From NCBI GenBank assembly GCA_964590575.1, contig CAZPWM010000066.1:1-17479 (forward strand): a stretch of 17,479 nucleotides of DNA. The letters run 5' to 3'. The notes beneath the pieces were generated by a model. That model worked only from the letters and a program-made list of their open reading frames with translations, ran no database searches and was not told where the DNA came from. Shown here piece by piece: positions 7,621-15,638 of this stretch (position 1 is its first letter; every line of letters begins with the position of its first letter). The DNA comes from an uncultured archaeon. GTDB lineage: Archaea > Asgardarchaeota > Thorarchaeia > Thorarchaeales > Thorarchaeaceae. The position numbers and the translations under genes are program-made.

Positions 7621-9060
7621 CTACTCCTTCTTCTGGTCGCGATGAACTAATGTTTGGCCATCGACAACCCAAGCGATACCTAACGATTGAAACTCTTCAG
7701 CCCATTTCATTACTATCGCTGGAGCTACCCCTAAAGATCTAGCTATCTCACGGATAGCCATTTCGCCATGTTCTTCAACCATCAAGAATGCCTTTGTCTT
7801 CTCAGTACTATCCATGAGATCAAGATAGCCTTCAAGGGTTTCTTGAGTATGTTCTAGTTTGGCTTTTGTTTCATTCAGATCGTTTGTTGCTCTCTCAAGA
7901 TTAGCTGAGGTTCGCTCAAATTCTGTCTTGAGTCGTTCAAGTTCTCGTGCCTTATCCCCAGACTCATAGGAACGTAGACGAGCTCGTATCTCTTCCATTT
8001 CAGTCAAGCGGTCAGCAGTCTTAGCCTTCTGGTCCTCTAGCTGTCTAACTTTAGTCTTCAAATCACCGAGCTCAATATCTTTCTTGGCGATTTCATCGGA
8101 ATACTCCTTACCTCTCTGTTCTGCTGTATTTGCTCGTGCTTCAGCTTCTGTGACTTTTTCTTGAAGAAGGTCACGTGATGCTTCCAGCGTCTTCACAGTA
8201 CCTCTTAATTCAGAGAGAACCTCCACATCGGTCTGAGGAGTGGCTTTCAGGGTCGCTAGTTCTTCCTCAATCTCTTCATTGATTACCTTAAGGGTTGCAT
8301 TATCTTTACGAAGAGTTTCAATCTCTGATTCTCTCGTAGAAACCTTCTGCTGGGAGATGCTTAGCTCTTGTGTGAGTTCCTCAATGCGTCTCTCAAGCAT
8401 CTTCATTTTATCAGCTATATCCTTTGGGACTTCGATCTTTGGTTTCATGCTGAGCTCTGATGATAGAAACTCTACTTCGGTTGTGGACCGCTGAGTGAAA
8501 TCATCAATGTTCGCTTTGAGGGTTGTTAGTTCTTCATAGGTTACTTTCATCGCATCTTTGAGACTTTCAGTTAAATCTCGTACTTTTTCGAGGATAGGTG
8601 TTGACATTCCTGATGTCAATGACTCTTCGACCTTATGGAACTCCTCATTAACTATAGGCCTCACATCGTTGTCGATATAGGTAGTCTGAAGATTTGTTTT
8701 TGCTGCACGTTTACTTCGAGTGACGATATCGCCTCTCATGCTCACTAGATTTCCTTTTAGCCCTACCAAGAATGATAGAACCACAGGTACAAGGTCTCTT
8801 TCAATACGATCTACCGAACCGTCAACAATCATGATATTACGTTCTAGAAGACCAATACTATCCTGTAACTTCTCAATGCTCTTATCTATCTCGATTCTTC
8901 GTCGTACCTGGTCAGCTGATTCGACTCTCATGACATCGCTCGACATACGACCAGAGTCGATGAGCTCCTGTCTCATCTCGTTGTCTACTCCGAGCTCGGT
9001 AAGAAGCTCATCCACGACGCCTTTATCCCCAGATGGTTTTTTGTCAGGATCTTTTGCCAT
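7621..9060 (-). CDS. Long coiled-coil protein with C-terminal winged helix-turn-helix
   Basis: Extensive heptad-like E/K/L-rich region (~aa 210-415). C-terminal TKAFLMVEEHGEMAIREIARSLGVAPAIVMKWAEEFQSLGIAWV fits a wHTH. No Walker A motif. Confidence 0.8.
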   Translation of the reverse strand: MAKDPDKKPSGDKGVVDELLTELGVDNEMRQELIDSGRMSSDVMRVESADQVRRRIEIDKSIEKLQDSIGLLERNIMIVDGSVDRIERDLVPVVLSFLVGLKGNLVSMRGDIVTRSKRAAKTNLQTTYIDNDVRPIVNEEFHKVEESLTSGMSTPILEKVRDLTESLKDAMKVTYEELTTLKANIDDFTQRSTTEVEFLSSELSMKPKIEVPKDIADKMKMLERRIEELTQELSISQQKVSTRESEIETLRKDNATLKVINEEIEEELATLKATPQTDVEVLSELRGTVKTLEASRDLLQEKVTEAEARANTAEQRGKEYSDEIAKKDIELGDLKTKVRQLEDQKAKTADRLTEMEEIRARLRSYESGDKARELERLKTEFERTSANLERATNDLNETKAKLEHTQETLEGYLDLMDSTEKTKAFLMVEEHGEMAIREIARSLGVAPAIVMKWAEEFQSLGIAWVVDGQTLVHRDQKKE

Positions 9061-9173
9061 GCGAAAACCTCGCGTTCCTCAATCCCAGAAAGGACAGTTG
9101 GTTAGTTAGTCAGACAATACATAAATCTATTCGAGTCAAGCCAAAAAGCATCCGAGGAGCCTGTGAAACCATA

Positions 9174-10010
9174 ATGCGCCTTAAGATTGAGATGCAAGCG
9201 AATGTCCATAACCGTGGTTCTTCGAAATTGACACGAGGAATGATGGTTTGGCATCTTTTCACAGACATCGAAAACCAGTTTGTAGAGATGATTGATGTCT
9301 TCCCACCTGCTAGAGTCACAGAGAAAGCAGAGAAGAACATGGTTGCAGTGATCAAGATTCCAGAACTTAATCCAGGAGAAAGTTTCTCGCCTACTGTGGT
9401 CCTACGAATTGACACTATCACTAGGGACTGGTTAATGGAATCTCAGATATCAACTGAAGAGCATATTGCTAGGAATAGAGGAATTTACTGCTCCATGCAG
9501 AAATATTGGGAAATTGATGATCCACTTGTGCAGGAATTATCACAGAAGGTAGCAGAAAGAACTGGTGATGATGAGTCGTATGCAAGACTCGCATTTGAGA
9601 TGGTACGAGACAGCATGAAGCTTAAGACTCACCTTGACGAACGAATAGGAGCTGCAAGAGCTGTCAGGGAGAAGGAAGGAGACTGTGATGAACATGCAGA
9701 CCTTTTCATTGCATTACTTCGCGCTGTCAGAATTCCTGCTAGAAGAATTGTAGGTCATTACTATCGCGGAGGTCCTGAACCAGAACCTCATGCTTGGGCA
9801 GAGATGTTTCTTGAAAGAAATGGATGGATTCCAGTAGATCCAGCCCTTGGCAATTTTGGTACTATGTCAGAACACTACTTCTCTAGAATTCGAGAGGGTC
9901 TTGTATCTGAACGGCCCACCATTCACCTGAAATGGAGTGGCATTGCGACTGAAGCACCCACTGTTGAAGAAGAGGTAAGAATGGAAATCTTGAAGAATGG
10001 TCATGATTGA
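9174..10010 (+). CDS. Transglutaminase-like (putative cysteine protease) domain protein
   Basis: Catalytic triad motifs GDCDEHA, PHAWAE and GWIPVDP, plus LLRAVRIPAR. Start reassigned to ATG9174 because 9033 overlaps the divergent gene; GAGGAG at 9154-9159. Confidence 0.88.
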   Translation: MRLKIEMQANVHNRGSSKLTRGMMVWHLFTDIENQFVEMIDVFPPARVTEKAEKNMVAVIKIPELNPGESFSPTVVLRIDTITRDWLMESQISTEEHIARNRGIYCSMQKYWEIDDPLVQELSQKVAERTGDDESYARLAFEMVRDSMKLKTHLDERIGAARAVREKEGDCDEHADLFIALLRAVRIPARRIVGHYYRGGPEPEPHAWAEMFLERNGWIPVDPALGNFGTMSEHYFSRIREGLVSERPTIHLKWSGIATEAPTVEEEVRMEILKNGHD

Positions 10011-10753
10011 AAACCAGATATCTTACCCATTGTTTCAAGCTGTACAAACATTTCAGCGCCAAAATGCCAGCAAGAGTGAGTGTCAAAAATGCAGCACTTG
10101 ATGTTTGGTAATAGAGGCGCTTCAAAAGCAGTCCGAAGTGTGTTAGCAAGATGATGGGCCATCATTTCACCATAAGCTGAAACCTGAGGGATTGAGTCCA
10201 TGAAACGACTTTTTGTTCGTTCTAAGGGACCTGGTTTGTAGTCACAGATATGAATAGCTCCGTCAACATAGCGGATGAGGTCAACATGACCTGTCATCTT
10301 ATACCGTTCGGACCAAACGGGAACTTCTATCGCTATCGTTTGTGGATCGTTCAAGATGAACTCTTTTAGGATACTGTGGTCCGAAGAATAACTCAGATCG
10401 TTTCTAGACCGATGATAGTCTCGAAGCATACTAACCAAATCGTCATCAACATGAATGGTCAGAGCTCCTGTTCGTCTAAGCTTCTTTCGAAACCCGACCT
10501 TCTCAGATTTCGACATCTCTGAAAAGTGTAATCTTGAAGCTCGTGTGAAGAACGGGTCTAGGAATGGGTTTATTGGAACATTGCCACTTAGTATTGAATT
10601 CAGATGAGCCCAAAGGGATGCTAAATCACCTGCTTTATGTCCGAGGTTTTTGTGATGCGCTGTGTTCCACTGAAAGCCATAAGCTACCTTCCCGTGCTGA
10701 AAATCGCGTCGTAGGATGTCATTCTTTGCCGGAGGCATGTCCCTCGACAGCAA
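10001..10753 (-). CDS. PD-(D/E)XK nuclease, RecB/Cas4-like motif set
   Basis: IAIEVPV, TGHVDLI, ICDYKPG and PQVSAY (E, GxxD, DxK, QxxxY). Start is TTG10753 or ATG10738. Confidence 0.8.
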   Translation of the reverse strand: MLSRDMPPAKNDILRRDFQHGKVAYGFQWNTAHHKNLGHKAGDLASLWAHLNSILSGNVPINPFLDPFFTRASRLHFSEMSKSEKVGFRKKLRRTGALTIHVDDDLVSMLRDYHRSRNDLSYSSDHSILKEFILNDPQTIAIEVPVWSERYKMTGHVDLIRYVDGAIHICDYKPGPLERTKSRFMDSIPQVSAYGEMMAHHLANTLRTAFEAPLLPNIKCCIFDTHSCWHFGAEMFVQLETMGKISGFQS

Positions 10754-10789
10754 TGTCTGAGTCTAATCTTTTTAATCCATCGAACACCC

Positions 10790-10838
10790 AAAAAAAAGAG
10801 GATTGGGATTTGAGAGAAAATGAATCCTCTCAAACCCA
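10790..10838 (-). terminator. Hairpin followed by T8 tract, putative terminator of the 11187-10830 unit
   Basis: TGGGaTTTGAGAG (10804-10816) pairs with CTCTCAAACCCA (10827-10838); an alternative pairing is AGAGGATT/AATCCTCT. A8 at 10790-10797 is T8 on the minus strand. Confidence 0.6.
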
Positions 10839-11187
10839 TAATCTAAATCTATTACTTTTCCCGCTGGATTTCTTTGATAAGATGACCAGGATTAACACGA
10901 CCACAATCACTCCAGCTGCTATTAATGCCAATAATAGTGGGTCAAGTGGACCAGGTCCTGGGGGTCCTGCAAAGTTATCAAGTTCGAATGGTGCATCAGA
11001 GTATCCATTGCTGCGAGAGAGCCACCTGTAGTTGTGATCCAAGTGAAAGATCATTAACGCTCCGCAGAGGGATTGCACCGGATCCAGCCATAGGTGTCGC
11101 AGGTAGTACTAGAGAAACAAGAAACAATCCAAGTATCTACAGGACATGACTAAAGCTGTCAAAGACTATGACTCTCTGCTCGTTCAT
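10830..11187 (-). pseudogene. Remnant of a secreted, C-terminally membrane-anchored surface protein
   Basis: ATG11187 gives MNEQRVI, then an insert with in-frame TAG (11137-11139), then ILGLFLVSLVLPATPMAGSGA (signal-peptide-like); this frame ends at TGA 10996. A different frame carries SDAPFELDN, a Pro/Gly linker, a TM helix (LLLALIAAGVIVVVLILVIL) and a basic tail. Confidence 0.65.
11130..11174. repeat. 45-bp perfect inverted repeat, copy 1 (partner 13645-13689 inside tldD)
   Basis: caagtatctacaggacatgactaaagctgtcaaagactatgactc is the exact reverse complement of 13645-13689; mismatches occur immediately outside both ends. Confidence 0.97.
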
Positions 11188-11209
11188 AACTTGTATCTGA
11201 TATGCTTTT

Positions 11210-11226
11210 GCTTATATTAGCTAATA
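11210..11226 (-). promoter_or_regulatory. Putative TATA box (AATATAAG) for a leaderless transcript starting near ATG11187, overlapped by the palindrome TATTAGCTAATA
   Basis: The box lies about 24-31 nt upstream of ATG11187; perfect 12-bp palindrome at 11215-11226. Confidence 0.5.
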
Positions 11227-11235
11227 AAGAGATAT

Positions 11236-11277
11236 AGAAAAGGTAGGAACTCAGCTGATAATCAGATTTCAGCTGAG
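11236..11277 (-). terminator. Putative terminator of tldD-tldE
   Basis: Stem CTCAGCTGA (11250-11258)/TCAGCTGAG (11269-11277) about 15 nt after the tldE stop, followed on the minus strand by pyrimidine-rich TTCCTACCTTTTCT. Confidence 0.55.
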
Positions 11278-11291
11278 CATGAAGATGAAGT

Positions 11292-12659
11292 CTACTCTTT
11301 TGCAATCAGTGAAACATTCTTGAAGACGATCTCTGGACCAATGACACCTTGAAGATAGTGAGGTGTTTTCGCGATTTCATCCACATTTTCAAGGAGATCA
11401 TACATGTTACCAGCAATCATGAGACCATGTACTGCCCCTACCATCTTTCCATTCTCAATCAAGATGGCTGGATTGCCGACGATACTAAAGTCACCAGATT
11501 CTGGATTGGAGCTGTGTGCACCTTGCACACCAAGGATATAATAGCCATACTCGATTCCAGAGATTATTTCATCGATTTCGCGATTGCCAGGCTCCACAAC
11601 GACGGTACTAGGTGATATGTCCACAAGTCCTTGCCGCATGTTCCGTTTTGCATTCCCTGTGCTCTTGACACCCATCTTATTGGCCCAATATGTGTCCCAA
11701 AGGAATGATCGAAGAACACCATTCTCGATGATTGGAGTGCGTTGCCTAGGGACCCCTTCATCATCAGCCGAGGAGCTTGCAACACCTCTTGGATGAAGTC
11801 CATCATCAGCAATCGTAAACTTCTCAGATGCGATCTTTTCTCCCAATTTATCTCCAATCTTTGATTTACCCCTAGCAACATTGTCACCTCTGATAGACTG
11901 AACCAAAGTGAAATTCATCAACTGACTGTAGGCATTTGGATGCATAATCATGGTATGCTTTCCAGTTTTGCCTTTAGCGGATTTCTTGCAGATTCTAATA
12001 TTGGTTGCAACATCATCCACAGTCCTTGTTATATCGACGTCCATTCCACGCGCTATATCATATGAGAAGATCATTGGAGTCATTCCTGTTTCAGTCGGCG
12101 CAACTCCACCAAGGGCAACAAAGGCAAAAGTTCCTTTGTCAGAGTGGCTCACTCCATTGCTGTTAGCATATGCTGAACTGAATGCTATGGCACCTGAACC
12201 ACCGAATCCCGGAATGAGTCCTGGTTCGGCTTCAGTCACTAGGCCAAGTGTTTTTCCAGTAATGCCAACAATCTCTCCTGCATCAGCATTTACAACAGAG
12301 TCCTGCCAGAGTCCTTCAATGGTTGGATAACTCTCTGGACGTGTTGGAAATCCAGACCAATCGTCATCATCAGTTGTCGCTTTTGCTGCTGAAATTGCCA
12401 ACTCTACGGCCTCTTTGACAGCATCCTTGGAAGGGATGTTTGTGAAAGCGGATCCCATTTTCTTGCCAATGTATAGACGGATAGCAATCTGAGCCAAGTC
12501 CTTTTTACTCACCTGACTAATCTGGCCCATCTCAATGTCGGATTCAGATTCCAACTCGGATTGCGCTAAGGCTTCAATGTGATCAGCACCCTTACTCTTT
12601 CCAGTTTCCACTATGAATTCGCAGAGATCAAGTAATGTCTGTTCCTCAATCATTCTCAT
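11292..12659 (-). CDS. tldE: TldE/PmbA family non-catalytic subunit
   Basis: DDEGVP...IIENGVLRSFL...STGNA and NPESGDFS motifs; no HExxH; directly downstream of tldD with SD GGAG. Confidence 0.88.
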   Translation of the reverse strand: MRMIEEQTLLDLCEFIVETGKSKGADHIEALAQSELESESDIEMGQISQVSKKDLAQIAIRLYIGKKMGSAFTNIPSKDAVKEAVELAISAAKATTDDDDWSGFPTRPESYPTIEGLWQDSVVNADAGEIVGITGKTLGLVTEAEPGLIPGFGGSGAIAFSSAYANSNGVSHSDKGTFAFVALGGVAPTETGMTPMIFSYDIARGMDVDITRTVDDVATNIRICKKSAKGKTGKHTMIMHPNAYSQLMNFTLVQSIRGDNVARGKSKIGDKLGEKIASEKFTIADDGLHPRGVASSSADDEGVPRQRTPIIENGVLRSFLWDTYWANKMGVKSTGNAKRNMRQGLVDISPSTVVVEPGNREIDEIISGIEYGYYILGVQGAHSSNPESGDFSIVGNPAILIENGKMVGAVHGLMIAGNMYDLLENVDEIAKTPHYLQGVIGPEIVFKNVSLIAKE

Positions 12660-12665
12660 ACGCTC

Positions 12666-14054
12666 CTAATTGGCTCCTCCAAATGTTATGCCACCCTCCA
12701 AAAACCGAATATTCGGTCCTCCAGCCGCAACAAATGCTTCCTGACCCTTCCCACATCTTCCTAGTTCGAATGGAAAGTCTTCATTGGCAACTCCTTCAAT
12801 CTTGAAGAGAGAGTCGGTAGCGATACCAGAGATTGAGAGGTCCGTCACTGGCTTGCCAAGTTCACCATTAACAATCTCATAAGCCTCCTGAATGCCAACT
12901 TGGAAAGAGGCATTCATCTGAGCTTGCCCGCCCCGGAAGTCGGCACAGTAGTAACCAAACTCAATGCCCTTGAACATCTCATCAGGGTTATAATCACCAC
13001 GCTCAAATAGCGTGTTTCGCATCCTGATAATTGGTGGATAGAGATAGCTCTCGGCTCTCGCATTCCCAGTCACTCGTTGTCCGATCTTTGCTGCATATTC
13101 TCGGTTAGTGAGAAGCTCAGTCAAAACGGAATCTTTGATAATCTCAACACGTGATGCACGTGATCCTTCATCGTCATACTTTGAAGTTCCAAGATTGCCT
13201 TCATCAACACCATTGTCAGTCATATTGACACCCTCAGAAGCTACAACCTCTCCCACCTTACCATTGAATGAACTCTGAACCGTGAGGTCCGCCTCCGATA
13301 GATGCCCCAAAGCTTCATGAGCAAGGACACCAATCACTCTGGGCCCAAGTACACACGGGAATGATCCGCCCTTTGCTGGTACACCTTCAAGTTGAAGCTT
13401 GACTCGTTTCGCAGCCTCCAGTCCAATAGTTTCAGGGGTTGCGACCTCATCCATGAATTCCCATCCACGGCTAGTAGATGCATCCTCGTAACGAGCAGCA
13501 CTAAGGCGGACACCTTCCTTTCCCGTGACCCAGGGATAGCTCCATACAAGAACGACATCTGTTTGAATCCTAGACCCATCAGATGTCATTAGATATTTCT
13601 TTCCTGAAGCGGTTCGTATCTTCCCTGTGACAGCAGTTATTCGTGAGTCATAGTCTTTGACAGCTTTAGTCATGTCCTGTAGATACTTGATTTTCTCCTC
13701 AATTGGGACATGACGAGGATCTCTCCTTACATCTAGAGTGACGACATCTTCAAACGCCTTGGTTTCTGCTAGTGTAATTGGCTCTCGTCGTGTAGGCGCT
13801 GCTGCTTTTGCCATCGAATAGGCATCCTTGACAGCATTGCTAAGCCCATCAAGATTCCCCGTGCTCACAAATCCCCATGCGCCATCAACTAATACTCTGA
13901 TAGCGACCCCTTGCTCTATTCGCTGAGTCAGCGCGTTTATCCGGCCATCATCCATTTGTATATACTCGATGAAACCAGATTCACCTCTGAGCTCTACGTA
14001 GCTGGCTCCGAGTTCGCGGCCTGTTTCCACAGCTTTCTCCAACATGTCAAACAA
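12666..14054 (-). CDS. tldD: TldD family metalloprotease, catalytic subunit
   Basis: GVAIRVLVDGAWGF, HEALGHLSEAD (HExxGH), YDDEG, TGNARA...PIIRMRNT and C-terminal GRCGKGQ. Start is TTG14054 or ATG14045. Confidence 0.92.
   Translation of the reverse strand: MFDMLEKAVETGRELGASYVELRGESGFIEYIQMDDGRINALTQRIEQGVAIRVLVDGAWGFVSTGNLDGLSNAVKDAYSMAKAAAPTRREPITLAETKAFEDVVTLDVRRDPRHVPIEEKIKYLQDMTKAVKDYDSRITAVTGKIRTASGKKYLMTSDGSRIQTDVVLVWSYPWVTGKEGVRLSAARYEDASTSRGWEFMDEVATPETIGLEAAKRVKLQLEGVPAKGGSFPCVLGPRVIGVLAHEALGHLSEADLTVQSSFNGKVGEVVASEGVNMTDNGVDEGNLGTSKYDDEGSRASRVEIIKDSVLTELLTNREYAAKIGQRVTGNARAESYLYPPIIRMRNTLFERGDYNPDEMFKGIEFGYYCADFRGGQAQMNASFQVGIQEAYEIVNGELGKPVTDLSISGIATDSLFKIEGVANEDFPFELGRCGKGQEAFVAAGGPNIRFLEGGITFGGAN
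13645..13689. repeat. 45-bp perfect inverted repeat, copy 2 (tldD codons KYLQDMTKAVKDYD)
   Basis: gagtcatagtctttgacagctttagtcatgtcctgtagatacttg, the reverse complement of 11130-11174. Confidence 0.97.
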
Positions 14055-14436
14055 ATTAACATCAACTCGTCAGTATGGCGTGATTCTTTAGATTTGAGGA
14101 TATCTAATAAGGTTATGATATTCGGCAGTGGAAACCACAAGAGCGAATACTGAAGCTGAATCCTTATGGGTGGGATTGCGTGTTGAGTCAGAGAGGAGTA
14201 CCACCAGAGTTTGCTCACCTAACAAATGATGATATTTTTCTTTGTCAAACTAATTTCGCGTTCCTGTCTGCATCGCATCTTAGAATCGGTGGCGCTCCCC
14301 ACAAACAAAGCGGCTCTCCTTCACACGCAGACCATTCTTCCCAAAAAATCACTTCCGAGTATTTGAGTCTTCACAGAAAACATCCATCACGAATCTTTTT
14401 AATCTGAATTCAGTTCCACTAACTTGGTGCCATGAG

Positions 14437-14733
14437 ATGACCTATGCGTTCATTGTATTCTACCGGTTTCAGTTGATGACTCCTGAACAAGCTGGAAAAG
14501 CAAAAGAGTTCTGGAAAGAGTTTGGGAAAGGAAGCTGGCCTGAGCATCTTAAAATCATAGGCGACTACAAATACGCGTGGGGCTCTGATTGGAGTGGATT
14601 CCTATTGCTTGAAACTGAGGACCCACAGACATTCTTCGAATTCTGGCCGATTTTTCGCGATAAAACCAGATGGTATATCGATAATACGCGAACAATCATT
14701 GCAGTCAAGAGGGATGCAAAAGACTGGATGTAG
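14437..14733 (+). CDS. Small dimeric alpha-beta barrel (ferredoxin-like; GYD/DUF3303-like) protein
   Basis: 98 aa with a beta-alpha-beta-beta-alpha-beta pattern (YAFIVFYRF / LKIIGDY / WSGFLLLETED / TRTIIAV). The exact family is uncertain. Confidence 0.65.
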   Translation: MTYAFIVFYRFQLMTPEQAGKAKEFWKEFGKGSWPEHLKIIGDYKYAWGSDWSGFLLLETEDPQTFFEFWPIFRDKTRWYIDNTRTIIAVKRDAKDWM

Positions 14734-14757
14734 AAAATAAACGGTATAGTATAGGAA

Positions 14758-14773
14758 TGGGCCCGAAGGCCCA
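14758..14773. terminator. GC-rich hairpin between convergent genes
   Basis: TGGGCC-CGAA-GGCCCA, a perfect 6-bp stem; T-rich sequence follows on the minus strand. Confidence 0.5.
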
Positions 14774-14799
14774 CTACCTTTGCAGGGATGTTGAGCTAA

Positions 14800-15552
14800 C
14801 TACTTTTCGGGTGGTGGTGCAGAATCTTCCATCATTTGAACGATCCAGCGGACATTCCTGTCGCTAAGTTCGTCACTGGTCCAAATCATTATCGATCCCG
14901 CGGCTCCATTCACTGAAGTCTTCAACGTCGTACGAGGACTTGGGTACTCAAACATGCCTCTGAATCTGGCAATCTCGCCTTTGTACCTGCGAGTGTACAT
15001 ACCAACTTCTTCCTCACTCTGAAGACCATGCCCCTTGAACTCCGCTTGAGATAGGCTGCCTTTCTCAACACCTGTTACAAGTACAGCATCTACATCAGTC
15101 GCCATGTCGTAGAGTTTTTTCGCACCTCCATTCAGGTTGAGAGGTACAATACTCGCTCCAGTTTCTGCAACAAGTATGCTTCGAATTCTACTTGCTATTC
15201 GTTCTGATCCTCGAACTTCTAAGGTGTTGCGATCTAGTTTCAGAATAACAGTCCCATTATCAACCGAGTAGTACGGTTTGGTGGAGTACCCTTCTGCGCC
15301 AAGAGATCTCACGACTACTCGGAAATCAGCCATGAAATCTGCTGTGATTGTTTTTCCAGTTAGTGAAACATTGCTAAAACCAGCACCTAGTTTTTTACTC
15401 TTACCAGATGTTGGTGCGTAGTTTACGGCTTTCAGTTTGGCGACGATGTCATTTGCTGCTAGAAACATATCGTATATTCTAAAGAGTCTAATTGATAGAC
15501 CTAAACCACGTACCGGAATTGGTTTAGCTTTTGGCTTTGGTTCTTTGCTCAA
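14800..15552 (-). CDS. Hypothetical basic alpha/beta protein
   Basis: 250-aa ORF with TTG start, TGAGGA just upstream and a TATA box at 15631-15638. No family recognised. Confidence 0.75.
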   Translation of the reverse strand: MSKEPKPKAKPIPVRGLGLSIRLFRIYDMFLAANDIVAKLKAVNYAPTSGKSKKLGAGFSNVSLTGKTITADFMADFRVVVRSLGAEGYSTKPYYSVDNGTVILKLDRNTLEVRGSERIASRIRSILVAETGASIVPLNLNGGAKKLYDMATDVDAVLVTGVEKGSLSQAEFKGHGLQSEEEVGMYTRRYKGEIARFRGMFEYPSPRTTLKTSVNGAAGSIMIWTSDELSDRNVRWIVQMMEDSAPPPEK

Positions 15553-15630
15553 GTTTCCTCAACTCACTACTGTAATGTTGAGACGTTGTATCAACAGGCC
15601 TCAACTTCCGGTGGAGAGATACATCACTTT

Positions 15631-15638
15631 CATATAAA
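15631..15638 (-). promoter_or_regulatory. TATA box (TTTATATG) for the 15552 gene
   Basis: Near-consensus archaeal TATA; the predicted start site near 15607-15610 would give a leader of about 55 nt. Confidence 0.55.

Noticed and set aside
11130-11174. Self-targeting CRISPR spacer or mini-array
   Set aside because: The insert is spacer-sized, but it has no flanking direct repeats beyond ATA and there are no cas1/cas2 genes. Terminal microhomology explains it better.
14226-14232. C/D-box sRNA starting at ATGATGA
   Set aside because: No CTGA D box at the expected 50-60 nt distance.
14266-14332. Glycine riboswitch (GGAGAG...CACCGA)
   Set aside because: The following AG...CUCUCAGG core is missing; kept only as an unassigned structured RNA candidate.
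14219-14335. Small selenoprotein (MVCV-UGA-RRAA...) or TldDE substrate peptide on the minus strand
   Set aside because: No CxxU motif, no recognisable SECIS or family, and short ORFs of this size are expected by chance.
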